This document shows, piece after piece, positions 45,466 through 53,985 of a stretch of DNA of 64,000 nt (the first letter of the stretch is position 1; the number at the start of each line of letters is the position of its first letter). The DNA is taken from positions 3,392-67,391 of the forward strand of contig PMON01000011.1 in assembly GCA_003162395.1 (NCBI GenBank), in the 5' to 3' direction. Source of the stretch: Acidimicrobiaceae bacterium (GTDB lineage: Bacteria > Actinomycetota > Acidimicrobiia > Acidimicrobiales > RAAP-2). A model generated the notes under the pieces. It saw nothing but the letters and a program-made list of their open reading frames with translations. It did not search any database and was not told the DNA's origin. Position numbers and translations under genes: made by a program.

Positions 45466-46236
45466 TCACGTGACGATAGAGAAACCGCCGTCGACGGCGA
45501 CCACCTGTCCGGTGACGAAGGGCGACGCAGCGAGCGCGACGACGAGGTCGGCCACGTCGTCGGGCTGGCCGGAGCGGCGCAGTGGGGCGACCGCGCTCAC
45601 GAACGCCCGGATGTCGTCCCAGTCCTTGGTCCACGGCGTGTCGACCAGGCCCGGCGCGACGGCATTCACCCGGACCTCGGGCCCGACGACCTTGGCGAGC
45701 AGCAACGTCATGTGGTTGACCGCTGCCTTGGAGGCCGCATAGGGAATGGAGCTCCCCGTCGGTCGGAGCCCCGCGATCGACGACACGTTGACGATCGCGC
45801 CGCGGCTCTCGCGCAGCGCGTCCATCGCCGCGACCGAGATCGCCCACGTGCCGAACACGTTCACCTCGAAGATCCGTCGCCAGACCGACAGGTCGGCGCG
45901 CTCAAGGTGCTGGTGCGCGATCACCTCGGTCGTCCCGGCGTTGTTGACGAGGACGTCGAGGCGGCCGAACGCCCCGAGGGCGGCCGCGACGAGCCGCGCG
46001 ACGTCGTCGTCGTCGGCGATGTCGGCCTGCACGTGGATCGCGGACCCGAGCTCGGCAGCGATCCGCTCACCGGCGTCCGGATTGGAGCGCGAGTTGACCA
46101 CCACCGACGCACCGGCCGACGCGAAGCGTCGGGCCGTCGCCTCACCGATGCCGCTCGAAGAGCCGGTAACGAGCACCACCTTGCCCGCGAAATCGGTCGT
46201 CTCGCTCGCGGCCGTCACGTGCGCCGCACCCGCCAT
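45466..46236 (-). CDS. SDR family oxidoreductase
   Basis: 'VVLVTGSSSGIGEA', 'NNAG' and 'YAASKAA'. An alternative GTG start at 46218 forms a GTGA start/stop overlap with the upstream gene. Confidence 0.9.
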   Translation of the reverse strand: MAGAAHVTAASETTDFAGKVVLVTGSSSGIGEATARRFASAGASVVVNSRSNPDAGERIAAELGSAIHVQADIADDDDVARLVAAALGAFGRLDVLVNNAGTTEVIAHQHLERADLSVWRRIFEVNVFGTWAISVAAMDALRESRGAIVNVSSIAGLRPTGSSIPYAASKAAVNHMTLLLAKVVGPEVRVNAVAPGLVDTPWTKDWDDIRAFVSAVAPLRRSGQPDDVADLVVALAASPFVTGQVVAVDGGFSIVT

Positions 46237-47141
46237 GAGCCGGTCCAGCGTTGCCCCGGCTCGAGCACGACGAGGTCCCGCCCGGTTCGCAGCGCATCCG
46301 GGGGGCACGTCATCGGCTCGATCGCGACAGCAGATCGCCGACGCGGCGGCACGAGCGTGTCCCCGGTGAAGACCTGCAGGTACGGAAAGGTGCGGTCGAC
46401 GCTCAGCTCGACGGTGCCGAGGTCCACGTCGGCGAGGCGCGCCGTCGCCCAGCCCGACTCGTCGCGCTCGAGCTCGCAGTAGGTCACGTCGAGGATCGAG
46501 TCGCCGAGCACCGACGGCTTGCGGCGGTCGAGCGAGCCGCCGTCGACGGGCCGCACGAGGCCCGTCGGGCGTCGGAACTCGTCGATGTCGACGATGCCGT
46601 GCGCGGGCACGCTCAGGATCGCGCGGTCGACGCCGTGCGCAGGGGCGGCGAGGTACGGATGGAACCCGAGGCCAAAGGGGACGGGGACCTGGTCGGCGTT
46701 GGTCACCGTCGTCGTGACCGTCAGCCCGAAGCTCCCGAGGTGGAACGCGACCTCGACGAGCGCGAGGAACGGGTACCCGGGCTCGGGGTGCACGAGGAGA
46801 GACAACTGGCATCGGTTCTGGGCGACCGAGTCGACGACGAAGGGACGGTACCGCACGAGCCCGTGGATCGCGTTGCCGAGCGCGGGCTCGTTGAGCGCGG
46901 CGCGCGCCTCGCGGCCCGAGTAGCTCCACGTGCCCTCTCCCAAGCGGTTGGGCCACGGGAAGCACAGCTGGCCGCGACCCCCGGTCGCCATCTCGTCGGC
47001 GCTGAAGCCCTCGACAACCTGGATGCCGCCCTTCACGTAGTCGCGCAGCGTCGCGCCGATCTCGGTCACCACGGCGCGCTGGTCGCCGTGCGCCAGCAGC
47101 AGCTGCTCGCCGGTGGGAAGCGTCACGGCGTGCGACGCCAC
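46215..47141 (-). CDS. aldose 1-epimerase (galactose mutarotase-like) family protein
   Basis: 'QLCFPWPNRL' and 'GLGFHPYL'. Length is 308 aa. Confidence 0.85.
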   Translation of the reverse strand: MASHAVTLPTGEQLLLAHGDQRAVVTEIGATLRDYVKGGIQVVEGFSADEMATGGRGQLCFPWPNRLGEGTWSYSGREARAALNEPALGNAIHGLVRYRPFVVDSVAQNRCQLSLLVHPEPGYPFLALVEVAFHLGSFGLTVTTTVTNADQVPVPFGLGFHPYLAAPAHGVDRAILSVPAHGIVDIDEFRRPTGLVRPVDGGSLDRRKPSVLGDSILDVTYCELERDESGWATARLADVDLGTVELSVDRTFPYLQVFTGDTLVPPRRRSAVAIEPMTCPPDALRTGRDLVVLEPGQRWTGSWRVRRT

Positions 47142-47179
47142 GTCGCTGGGGCAGCAGGCATCACCATTATGGTACGGCG

Positions 47180-48031
47180 GTGCGGGTGCTCATCACGAAC
47201 GATGACGGCGCGTCGGCCCCGGGGCTCGCCGCGCTCGCTGCGGCCACCCATGCCTGGACCAAGCGGGCACCGAGCGGGCAGCCCCGCGAGCTCGTCGTGG
47301 TCGCGCCGAATCGCAACTACTCGGGTGCAGGCGCCTCGGTCGGCGAGGTGTACGCGCGATCGTCGATCGCCTATGAGCGTCACCACCTCGAGGGCCTCGA
47401 GGGCGTCGAGTGCTACGCGCTCGACGCCTCTCCCGCGCTGTGCGTGCTCGTCGGCATCCTGGGCGGGATCGGACCGAGACCTGACATCGTCCTCGCGGGC
47501 GTCAACGCGGGCGTGAACGTCGGCCGCTCCGTGCTGCACTCCGGCACGGTCGGGGCGGTCCTCGCTGGCAGCCAGCTCGGCCTGTCGGGGCTGGCGGTGT
47601 CGATCCAGTGGGTGGAGAACGCCCCCTTCGACGTGGCGGCGCTCCTCGCCGTCGAGGTCCTCGACCAGCTCATCGCCGCGCCGCCTCGCACGCTGTTCAA
47701 CCTCAACGTCCCCGCGCTGCAGCGCCATGAGCTGCTGGGCGTTCGGCGGGGCCGGATCTCGACGGCGGGAATCGTGAAGGCCGCCGGCCCCGCGGCGGGC
47801 GGCGAGCCGCTTGGCGACGAGGGCGAGATCAGCCTGCGGCTCGGCTCGGCGGTCCCCTCGCTCGGCGACGTGAGCGACGAGGAGCCTGAGGACGACGGCG
47901 CGCTCGTCGCCGCTGGCTTCGCCTCGCTCACCCCGCTTCGATCCGTCCACGAGGACACCGACACCGGCGCCGACGACGCCGTCCGTGCCGCCCTCGAGGC
48001 GGTGAGCAAGCACCTCGCAGCGATCGGCTGA
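47180..48031 (+). CDS. surE: 5'/3'-nucleotidase SurE
   Basis: 'MRVLITNDDGASAPGLAAL', 'GVNAGVNVG' and 'HSGTVGA'. Confidence 0.9.
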   Translation: MRVLITNDDGASAPGLAALAAATHAWTKRAPSGQPRELVVVAPNRNYSGAGASVGEVYARSSIAYERHHLEGLEGVECYALDASPALCVLVGILGGIGPRPDIVLAGVNAGVNVGRSVLHSGTVGAVLAGSQLGLSGLAVSIQWVENAPFDVAALLAVEVLDQLIAAPPRTLFNLNVPALQRHELLGVRRGRISTAGIVKAAGPAAGGEPLGDEGEISLRLGSAVPSLGDVSDEEPEDDGALVAAGFASLTPLRSVHEDTDTGADDAVRAALEAVSKHLAAIG

Positions 48032-48075
48032 CGGACCGAGCCGCGCGACCCGCCGGCCGACTCGGCGGGCGGCGA

Positions 48076-48492
48076 TCACTCGTCGTCGTCAGCGGCGCGC
48101 AGGCGCTTGACTCTGCTGCGTCGCCGCTTGGACTCGAGCCGGCGCTCGACGGCCGAGGTCTTCGGCTTGGTGGCACGACGTGGCGCGGGCACGTCGAGTG
48201 CGGCGGCCACCCGCCGCTCGAGTCGCTCCTCTGCCACCTTGCGATTCTCGCCCTGCCGCCGCGACGCCGACGACGAGGCTCGCACGACGTCGCCGAAGAC
48301 CTCGCGAAGCCTCGCACGCGTCGGCTCGTCGAAGCTCGAGGCGGTCGTGAGGTCGAGCTCGACGGTGATGCGGCTGCGCGTCCTGTTCGCGTGCTGGCCA
48401 CCGGGCCCGCCCGCGGTGTCGGCCCGGACCGCGAGGTCCTTCGGATCGATGCGCGGCGTCGAGGCACGCGATCGCCTCGCCGCGACGTCCAC
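48076..48492 (-). CDS. arfB: alternative ribosome-rescue factor ArfB (GGQ-type peptidyl-tRNA hydrolase)
   Basis: 'GPGGQHANRTRSRI' GGQ motif plus a highly basic C-terminal tail. Length is 138 aa. Confidence 0.85.
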   Translation of the reverse strand: MDVAARRSRASTPRIDPKDLAVRADTAGGPGGQHANRTRSRITVELDLTTASSFDEPTRARLREVFGDVVRASSSASRRQGENRKVAEERLERRVAAALDVPAPRRATKPKTSAVERRLESKRRRSRVKRLRAADDDE

Positions 48493-48530
48493 GGATCGAG
48501 GCTACGCGCCGAGCGGTACGCTTCGCGCCC

Positions 48531-49529
48531 ATGCAGCACCGACACCTTGGTCGAAGCGGGATGATGGTCTCTACGATCGCGTACGGGAACTGGGTCACCC
48601 ACGGTGGCCAGATCGCCGACGACGCGGCGATCGCGTGCGTTCGCGCCGCGCTCGAGGCCGGCATCACGACGTTCGACACGGCCGACATCTACAACCTCGG
48701 CCGCGCCGAGGAGGTGCTCGGGCGCGCACTCGCCGGCGTGCGACGCGACTCCATCGAGATCTTCACCAAGGTGTACTGGCCCACCGGCCCGAACCCGAAC
48801 AACCGCGGCCTGTCGCGCAAGCACATCATCGAGTCGTGCGACGCCTCCCTCACGAGGCTGAAGACCGACCACCTGGACCTGCTCCAGGCGCATCGCTACG
48901 ACGTGGAAGCCCCGCTCGACGAGACACTCCGCGCCTTCGACGACCTCGTTCGCGCGGGCAAGGTCCACTACATCGGCGTGTCGGAGTGGACGGCCGGCCA
49001 GATCGCAGAGGCCGTCTCCATCGCCAGCCAGATGGGCCTCGACCGGATCATCTCCAACCAGCCCCAGTACTCCTTGCTCTGGCGCGTGCCCGAGGCCGAG
49101 GTGATCCCCGTGTCCAAGGCGAACGGGATCAGCCAGATCGTCTGGTCGCCCCTCGCCCAGGGCGTGCTCACCGGCAAGTACGCACCCGGCCAAAAGCCTC
49201 CCGAGGACAGTCGCGCGACCGACGAGGGCGCGCGGCACTTCATCTCGTGGCTGCTGCGCGACGAGATCCTCGAGCCCGTCCAGCAGTTCACAAAGCTTGC
49301 CCGTGACGCGGGCCACAGCCCCGCCGAGGTCGCCCTCGCGTGGGTGCTGCGCAACGACAACGTCGCGAGCGCGATCATCGGCGCGACACGCCCCTCACAG
49401 GTCGAGGAGAACGCGAGGGCCGCGGACCTGACCCTCGACGACGACCTGGTCGCCGCGATCGACGAGGTGCTCGCCTCCACCGTGCTGCGGGACCCATCGA
49501 TGACCGCGAGCCCCTCGCGTCGCCCCTAG
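48531..49529 (+). CDS. aldo/keto reductase
   Basis: 'GITTFDTADIYNLGRAEEVLG', 'DLLQAHRYD' and 'IIGATRPSQVEEN'. Confidence 0.9.
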   Translation: MQHRHLGRSGMMVSTIAYGNWVTHGGQIADDAAIACVRAALEAGITTFDTADIYNLGRAEEVLGRALAGVRRDSIEIFTKVYWPTGPNPNNRGLSRKHIIESCDASLTRLKTDHLDLLQAHRYDVEAPLDETLRAFDDLVRAGKVHYIGVSEWTAGQIAEAVSIASQMGLDRIISNQPQYSLLWRVPEAEVIPVSKANGISQIVWSPLAQGVLTGKYAPGQKPPEDSRATDEGARHFISWLLRDEILEPVQQFTKLARDAGHSPAEVALAWVLRNDNVASAIIGATRPSQVEENARAADLTLDDDLVAAIDEVLASTVLRDPSMTASPSRRP

Positions 49530-50362
49530 CTCGGGAACCGCACCATCGCGAGCTGCACCGCCTGGACGACGGGACGCCCCGTCGCGTCCCACAGCTCGCA
49601 CACCTCGTCGACCAGGCTCCCGGCCACCAGCGTCGCGCGCTGGCGGGCGACGAGCCAGCCCTCGGCCGGCATGCCGCGCACGTAGACGCTGAGCTGGATC
49701 GTCGGCACCCAGCCCGACGAGCCGATCGGGAGCGTGGCAGGCGGCAAGGCGTCGGACGCGAACAGCAGCGACAACGGGTCAAACGGACGTCCACCTGCGA
49801 GCCGGAGCCATCCACGCACCTCGGCCTCGGCCGCGAGCTCGCCGCGCGAGAACCCCGTGGTCGCCGGGTCCAAGTGCAGCTCCACGCGGTCCATGATCGT
49901 GACCCCCTCGCCAGGCGGGCCGCCGGGCGCGACGCGCGGGCAGTGCTCGAGGTCGGGGAGCACGACCGAGCAGGGCTCGGCGTAGCGTGGCTCGCTCGAC
50001 GCGTCGAGCCGTCCGCACGAGAGGATCGCGTCGACCGCGACGCGGCCGTCCTGGACGATCGCGGCGTGCACCTGGCTGATCTTCGTGCCGCTTCGGTGCA
50101 CCGTCACGCGGACGTCGGCGGGGCCGCACTTCGGTGCGCGGATGAACGACGCGCTCGCCGCCACGCAGTGCGGGTGGTTGGTCCCGCGCTCGACCAGCTC
50201 GGTGGTGGCCGCGCGTGCGGCGACGGCGAGCAGGTACCCCCCGTTGGGCTTGCCGAGGATCGAGAAGGACTCGTCGAGCTCGGCTCGATACCTGCCGTCA
50301 CCGATCGATGCGACCGCCGTCGCCTCGTCGAATTCGTCGAGGTGTGCGTCGCGTGCCGTCAC
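49526..50362 (-). CDS. thioesterase-superfamily protein (TesB-like double hot-dog)
   Basis: At 278 aa its length and pattern resemble acyl-CoA thioesterase II-like proteins ('GKPNGGYLLAVAARA', 'WVPTIQLSVYV'). The assignment is by resemblance only. Confidence 0.65.
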   Translation of the reverse strand: MTARDAHLDEFDEATAVASIGDGRYRAELDESFSILGKPNGGYLLAVAARAATTELVERGTNHPHCVAASASFIRAPKCGPADVRVTVHRSGTKISQVHAAIVQDGRVAVDAILSCGRLDASSEPRYAEPCSVVLPDLEHCPRVAPGGPPGEGVTIMDRVELHLDPATTGFSRGELAAEAEVRGWLRLAGGRPFDPLSLLFASDALPPATLPIGSSGWVPTIQLSVYVRGMPAEGWLVARQRATLVAGSLVDEVCELWDATGRPVVQAVQLAMVRFPS

Positions 50363-50452
50363 GATTCTCCAGTCCCGGGCGAGCCCGCGAACCTACAAGC
50401 ATCGGTAGGTTGAGAGCGACGCCGGCGCGCGCCGCGCGTCGGAGGGGGCTGC

Positions 50453-50914
50453 GTGCACGAGACATCCGCGATACGAGCCAACGGTGACGCGACCCTCGAG
50501 CACGTCTGGCGGATCGGCGCCTACGCGGTCTGCCGGCGCGGCGACGAGGTCCTCGTGGTGCGCGCGTCCAGCCGGACCCAGGTCGAGGGCGCCTGGTTCC
50601 TCCCGGGCGGCGGCCTCGAGTTCGGGGAGGCGCCCGAGGCCGCGGTGCTCCGCGAGCTGACCGAGGAGACCGGGCTCACCGGCCGCTCCCCGCGACTCCT
50701 TGGCGTCACGAGCACGCTGCACGATCGCCTCGAGGGCACTTCGGTCTTCACGATCCGGCTGATCTACGCGCTCGAGGTCGATGACGACGGGCGTCCGCTC
50801 ACCCACGAGCTCGGCGGCACGAGCGACGAGGCGAGGTGGGTGCCAGTCGCCGACGTCGAGTCACTCGGGGCCACGCGCTACGTGCTGGACGCGCTCGGGC
50901 TCTCCGCGAAGTAG
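50453..50914 (+). CDS. NUDIX hydrolase
   Basis: Nudix box 'GGGLEFGEAPEAAVLRELTEETGL'. Confidence 0.85.
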   Translation: MHETSAIRANGDATLEHVWRIGAYAVCRRGDEVLVVRASSRTQVEGAWFLPGGGLEFGEAPEAAVLRELTEETGLTGRSPRLLGVTSTLHDRLEGTSVFTIRLIYALEVDDDGRPLTHELGGTSDEARWVPVADVESLGATRYVLDALGLSAK

Positions 50915-52587
50915 GTCGCACGCAGCTCGCGCTTGAGGAACTTGCCGGCTGGGTTTCTTGGGAGCGGTTCGGTGATGAACACGATGCGCGTCGGGATCTT
51001 GAAGGCGGCGAGGTGGCTCGAGAGGTGCTCGCGCAGCTCGTCGGACGTGACCGCGGCACCCTCCTTGAGGCTCACGACGCACGCCACCTCTTCTCCCAGG
51101 CGTTCGTGGGGCACGCCGAAGACCGCCGCCTCGTGGACACAGGGATGCTCGTAGATCGCCGCCTCGACCTCCGCGGAGTACACGTTCTCACCCGCGCGCA
51201 GCACCATGTCCTTGGCCCTGTCCTCGACGTAGAGGAATCCCTCGTCGTCGACGCGGCCGATGTCGCCGCTGCGCAGCCAGCCGTCCACGATCGTCTCGGC
51301 GGTCGCCTCGGGCTTGCCCCAGTACCCGCGGAACAGATTCGGCCCCTTCATCCAGATCTCGCCGCGCTCGCCGGTCACCACTGGTTGCAGCGCATCGTCG
51401 CGGATCTCGACGTCAAGGATCGAGGTCCTGGCCCTGCCCGTGGAGGTCGGGCGCTTCACGTAGTCGTCGCCGCTGTTGCCGGGTCCGAACGCGTTGGTCT
51501 CGGTCATCCCGTAGCCGATGCCCGGCCGCCCCTTCGCAAAGGACCCCTCGATGCGCTCCACGAGTCGCGGCGGCGCGGGCGCGCCGCCGCCCCCGACGCT
51601 CACGAGCGACGAGGTGTCGAAGTCCTTGAAGCGAGGCGACTCAAGGAGGTCCCAGCTCTGCGTCGGCACGCCCACGAACGCGGTGACCCTGTGGCGCTCG
51701 ATCATCTCGAGCGCCTTCTCGGGATCCCAGCGGTGCATCATCACGAGCTTCAGCTGGACGCTGAAGCATGACAGCATGACCGGGACGCACCCGGTGACGT
51801 GGAAGAGGGGCACGATGAGGATGAAGCACGGCGGGTTGGAGCCCGCGGGCTGCGGGGCCGGGCTCGGCCCGCGCACGATGCCCTGGAGCGCCCCGTTGCA
51901 GCCGAACGCCATCAGTGCCTGGCAGATCGAGCGATGCGTCGAGACCGCGCCCTTCGGGAAGCCCGTGGTCCCCGACGTGTACAGGATCGTCGCGTCGCTC
52001 TCGGGGTCGACCTCGACGTCGGGCATCGGGTTGCCCCGGACGACCACCTCCTTCCAGCGGATGACGCCGGGCGGCACGGGCACGAGCGTGTCGGTGCGCG
52101 TCGCGAGGAGCGCGACGCCGCGCCGCTCGCACACGGGGTGCGCACGGGCCATTCGCTCGGGGTCGCACACGAGGACCGAGAGCCCCGCGTCGCCCGCGGC
52201 GTAGTCGACCTCCTCTTCGGTCCACCACGCGTTGAGCGAGACCGAGATCGCACCGACCGAGAGCGCGGCGACGAACGTGACGATCCACTCGGGCAGGTTG
52301 CGCATCGCGATCCCGACGCGATCCCCGGGCTTGACGCCGAGCTCGTGGACCAGGACGTGGCCGAGGGCGTCGGCCTCGGCGAGCACGTCGTCGAAGGTCC
52401 ACTCCTCGTCCTCGTAGACCAAGAAGGTCTTGTCCGAACCCCTCGCGCCGTTGAAGATCTCGACCAGCGTCGCGGGGGCGTTCTCGAACGCCCGGTAGGC
52501 GATCCCGCCGAGGACACGCTCGTTGGTCTCGAAGAACTGCCCGGTCCCGGTGACCTCGGCCAGTGCCTCTTCGTACACGACCGCCAT
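50878..52587 (-). CDS. acyl-CoA synthetase / AMP-dependent ligase
   Basis: ATG at 52587 follows GGGAGGA. AMP-binding motif 'ILYTSGTTGFPKGA'. 'GYGMTE' and 'GWLRSGD' are also present. The track ORF up to 53481 is over-extended. Confidence 0.9.
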   Translation of the reverse strand: MAVVYEEALAEVTGTGQFFETNERVLGGIAYRAFENAPATLVEIFNGARGSDKTFLVYEDEEWTFDDVLAEADALGHVLVHELGVKPGDRVGIAMRNLPEWIVTFVAALSVGAISVSLNAWWTEEEVDYAAGDAGLSVLVCDPERMARAHPVCERRGVALLATRTDTLVPVPPGVIRWKEVVVRGNPMPDVEVDPESDATILYTSGTTGFPKGAVSTHRSICQALMAFGCNGALQGIVRGPSPAPQPAGSNPPCFILIVPLFHVTGCVPVMLSCFSVQLKLVMMHRWDPEKALEMIERHRVTAFVGVPTQSWDLLESPRFKDFDTSSLVSVGGGGAPAPPRLVERIEGSFAKGRPGIGYGMTETNAFGPGNSGDDYVKRPTSTGRARTSILDVEIRDDALQPVVTGERGEIWMKGPNLFRGYWGKPEATAETIVDGWLRSGDIGRVDDEGFLYVEDRAKDMVLRAGENVYSAEVEAAIYEHPCVHEAAVFGVPHERLGEEVACVVSLKEGAAVTSDELREHLSSHLAAFKIPTRIVFITEPLPRNPAGKFLKRELRATYFAESPSASST

Positions 52588-52671
52588 CGATGTCCTCCCG
52601 CCTCGCTTCCGCGGCATCCTACGAGAGCCGCCAATTGGGCAGGCACGGTGCTTGGTTGCTAGTAATGCGCC

Positions 52672-53922
52672 ATGCCGATCAACGTCACCGCGGTCCCGAC
52701 CCTGCCTGACCACGTGAACGACGTGCGACTCCGCACGGCCGCCATCGTGAATGAAGAGATCCTCCCGCGCGAAGGCGTGCTCTACCCGCACCGCAACGGC
52801 AACCCGAGCGACGCCCAGCGCGAGGCCGCGCAGGTCGCGCGCGAGTCGATCAAAAAGCAGGTGCGCGACGCTGGCCTGTGGGCGCCGCACCTCCCCACCG
52901 AGTACGGGGGCATGGGGCTCGACTTCCTCGCTCATGCCTATATGAACGAGATCCTCGCGTACGCCGGCGCCGCAGCCTTCTTCGGTGTGGTCGCTCCCAA
53001 CTCGGGCAACCAGGTGGTCCTCGCCAAGCGAGGCACCGAGGAGCAGAAGCGCAAGTGGCTCATCCCCCTCATCGAGGGGACCATGGAGTCGGGCTTCTCG
53101 ATGACCGAGCCGGAGCACGCCGGCAGCGACCCGAGGAGCCTCACGACCTCGGCGAGGCGCGAAGGCGACGAGTGGGTCATCAACGGCCACAAGTGGTTCA
53201 CGTCCAACGGCAAGAGGGCCGACTTCTTCATCGTGATGTGCGTCGCCGAGGACCCGACCGGCGAGCTCGGCCGTGCCGGCCAGCAGATCCAGATCATCGT
53301 GCCCACCGACACGAAAGGCGTGGACATCGTCCGAGGGATCGGCATTTGGGGCGCCCCGACGTCGGACCACTGCGAGGTCCGCTACACCGATGTTCGTGTC
53401 CCGGTCGACAATCAGCTGGGCGCGGTCGGCCAGGGCCACGAGATAGCCCAGGAGCGCCTCGGCGCAGGCCGCGTCTTTCACTGCATGAACTCAGTCGGCG
53501 CGATGTGGCGAGCGTTCGACCTCATGGTCGAGCGATCGCTCACCCGCGAGGTGCACGGCGGGCTCTTGCGCGACAAGCAGTTCGTCCAGGGCTTCATCGC
53601 CGACTCCTACATCGACCTGCAGACCTCACGGCTCATGACGATCAAGACCGCCGAGCTCGTCGACCGCCAGGACCCGCGCGCGCGCGTCGAGATCTCCGCG
53701 CTCAAGGTGTACGTGCCGAACGCCTTCCACCGCGTCGTCGATCGAGCCATCCAGGTCTGGGGGGCAGCAGGTGTGTCGAGCGACCTCCCGCTCGCGGGCA
53801 TGTACCTCGGGGCGCGCACCCTGCGCCTCGCCGACGGACCCGACGAGGTGCACCGCATCCTCGTCGCCAAGTCGATCCTGCACCACTACGAGAAGGGCGA
53901 GAGCTGGGACTTCGCCAAGTAG
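52672..53922 (+). CDS. acyl-CoA dehydrogenase
   Basis: 'GFSMTEPEHAGSDP', 'KWFTSNG' and 'QVWGAAGVSSDLPLAGMY..RTLRLADGPDEVH'. Confidence 0.92.
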   Translation: MPINVTAVPTLPDHVNDVRLRTAAIVNEEILPREGVLYPHRNGNPSDAQREAAQVARESIKKQVRDAGLWAPHLPTEYGGMGLDFLAHAYMNEILAYAGAAAFFGVVAPNSGNQVVLAKRGTEEQKRKWLIPLIEGTMESGFSMTEPEHAGSDPRSLTTSARREGDEWVINGHKWFTSNGKRADFFIVMCVAEDPTGELGRAGQQIQIIVPTDTKGVDIVRGIGIWGAPTSDHCEVRYTDVRVPVDNQLGAVGQGHEIAQERLGAGRVFHCMNSVGAMWRAFDLMVERSLTREVHGGLLRDKQFVQGFIADSYIDLQTSRLMTIKTAELVDRQDPRARVEISALKVYVPNAFHRVVDRAIQVWGAAGVSSDLPLAGMYLGARTLRLADGPDEVHRILVAKSILHHYEKGESWDFAK

Positions 53923-53985
53923 TTGCCCATGCAGGCCGAGCGTGCCTCGTCGTGTCGCTGAGCCCGGAGGGGACCTAACCTCGTC

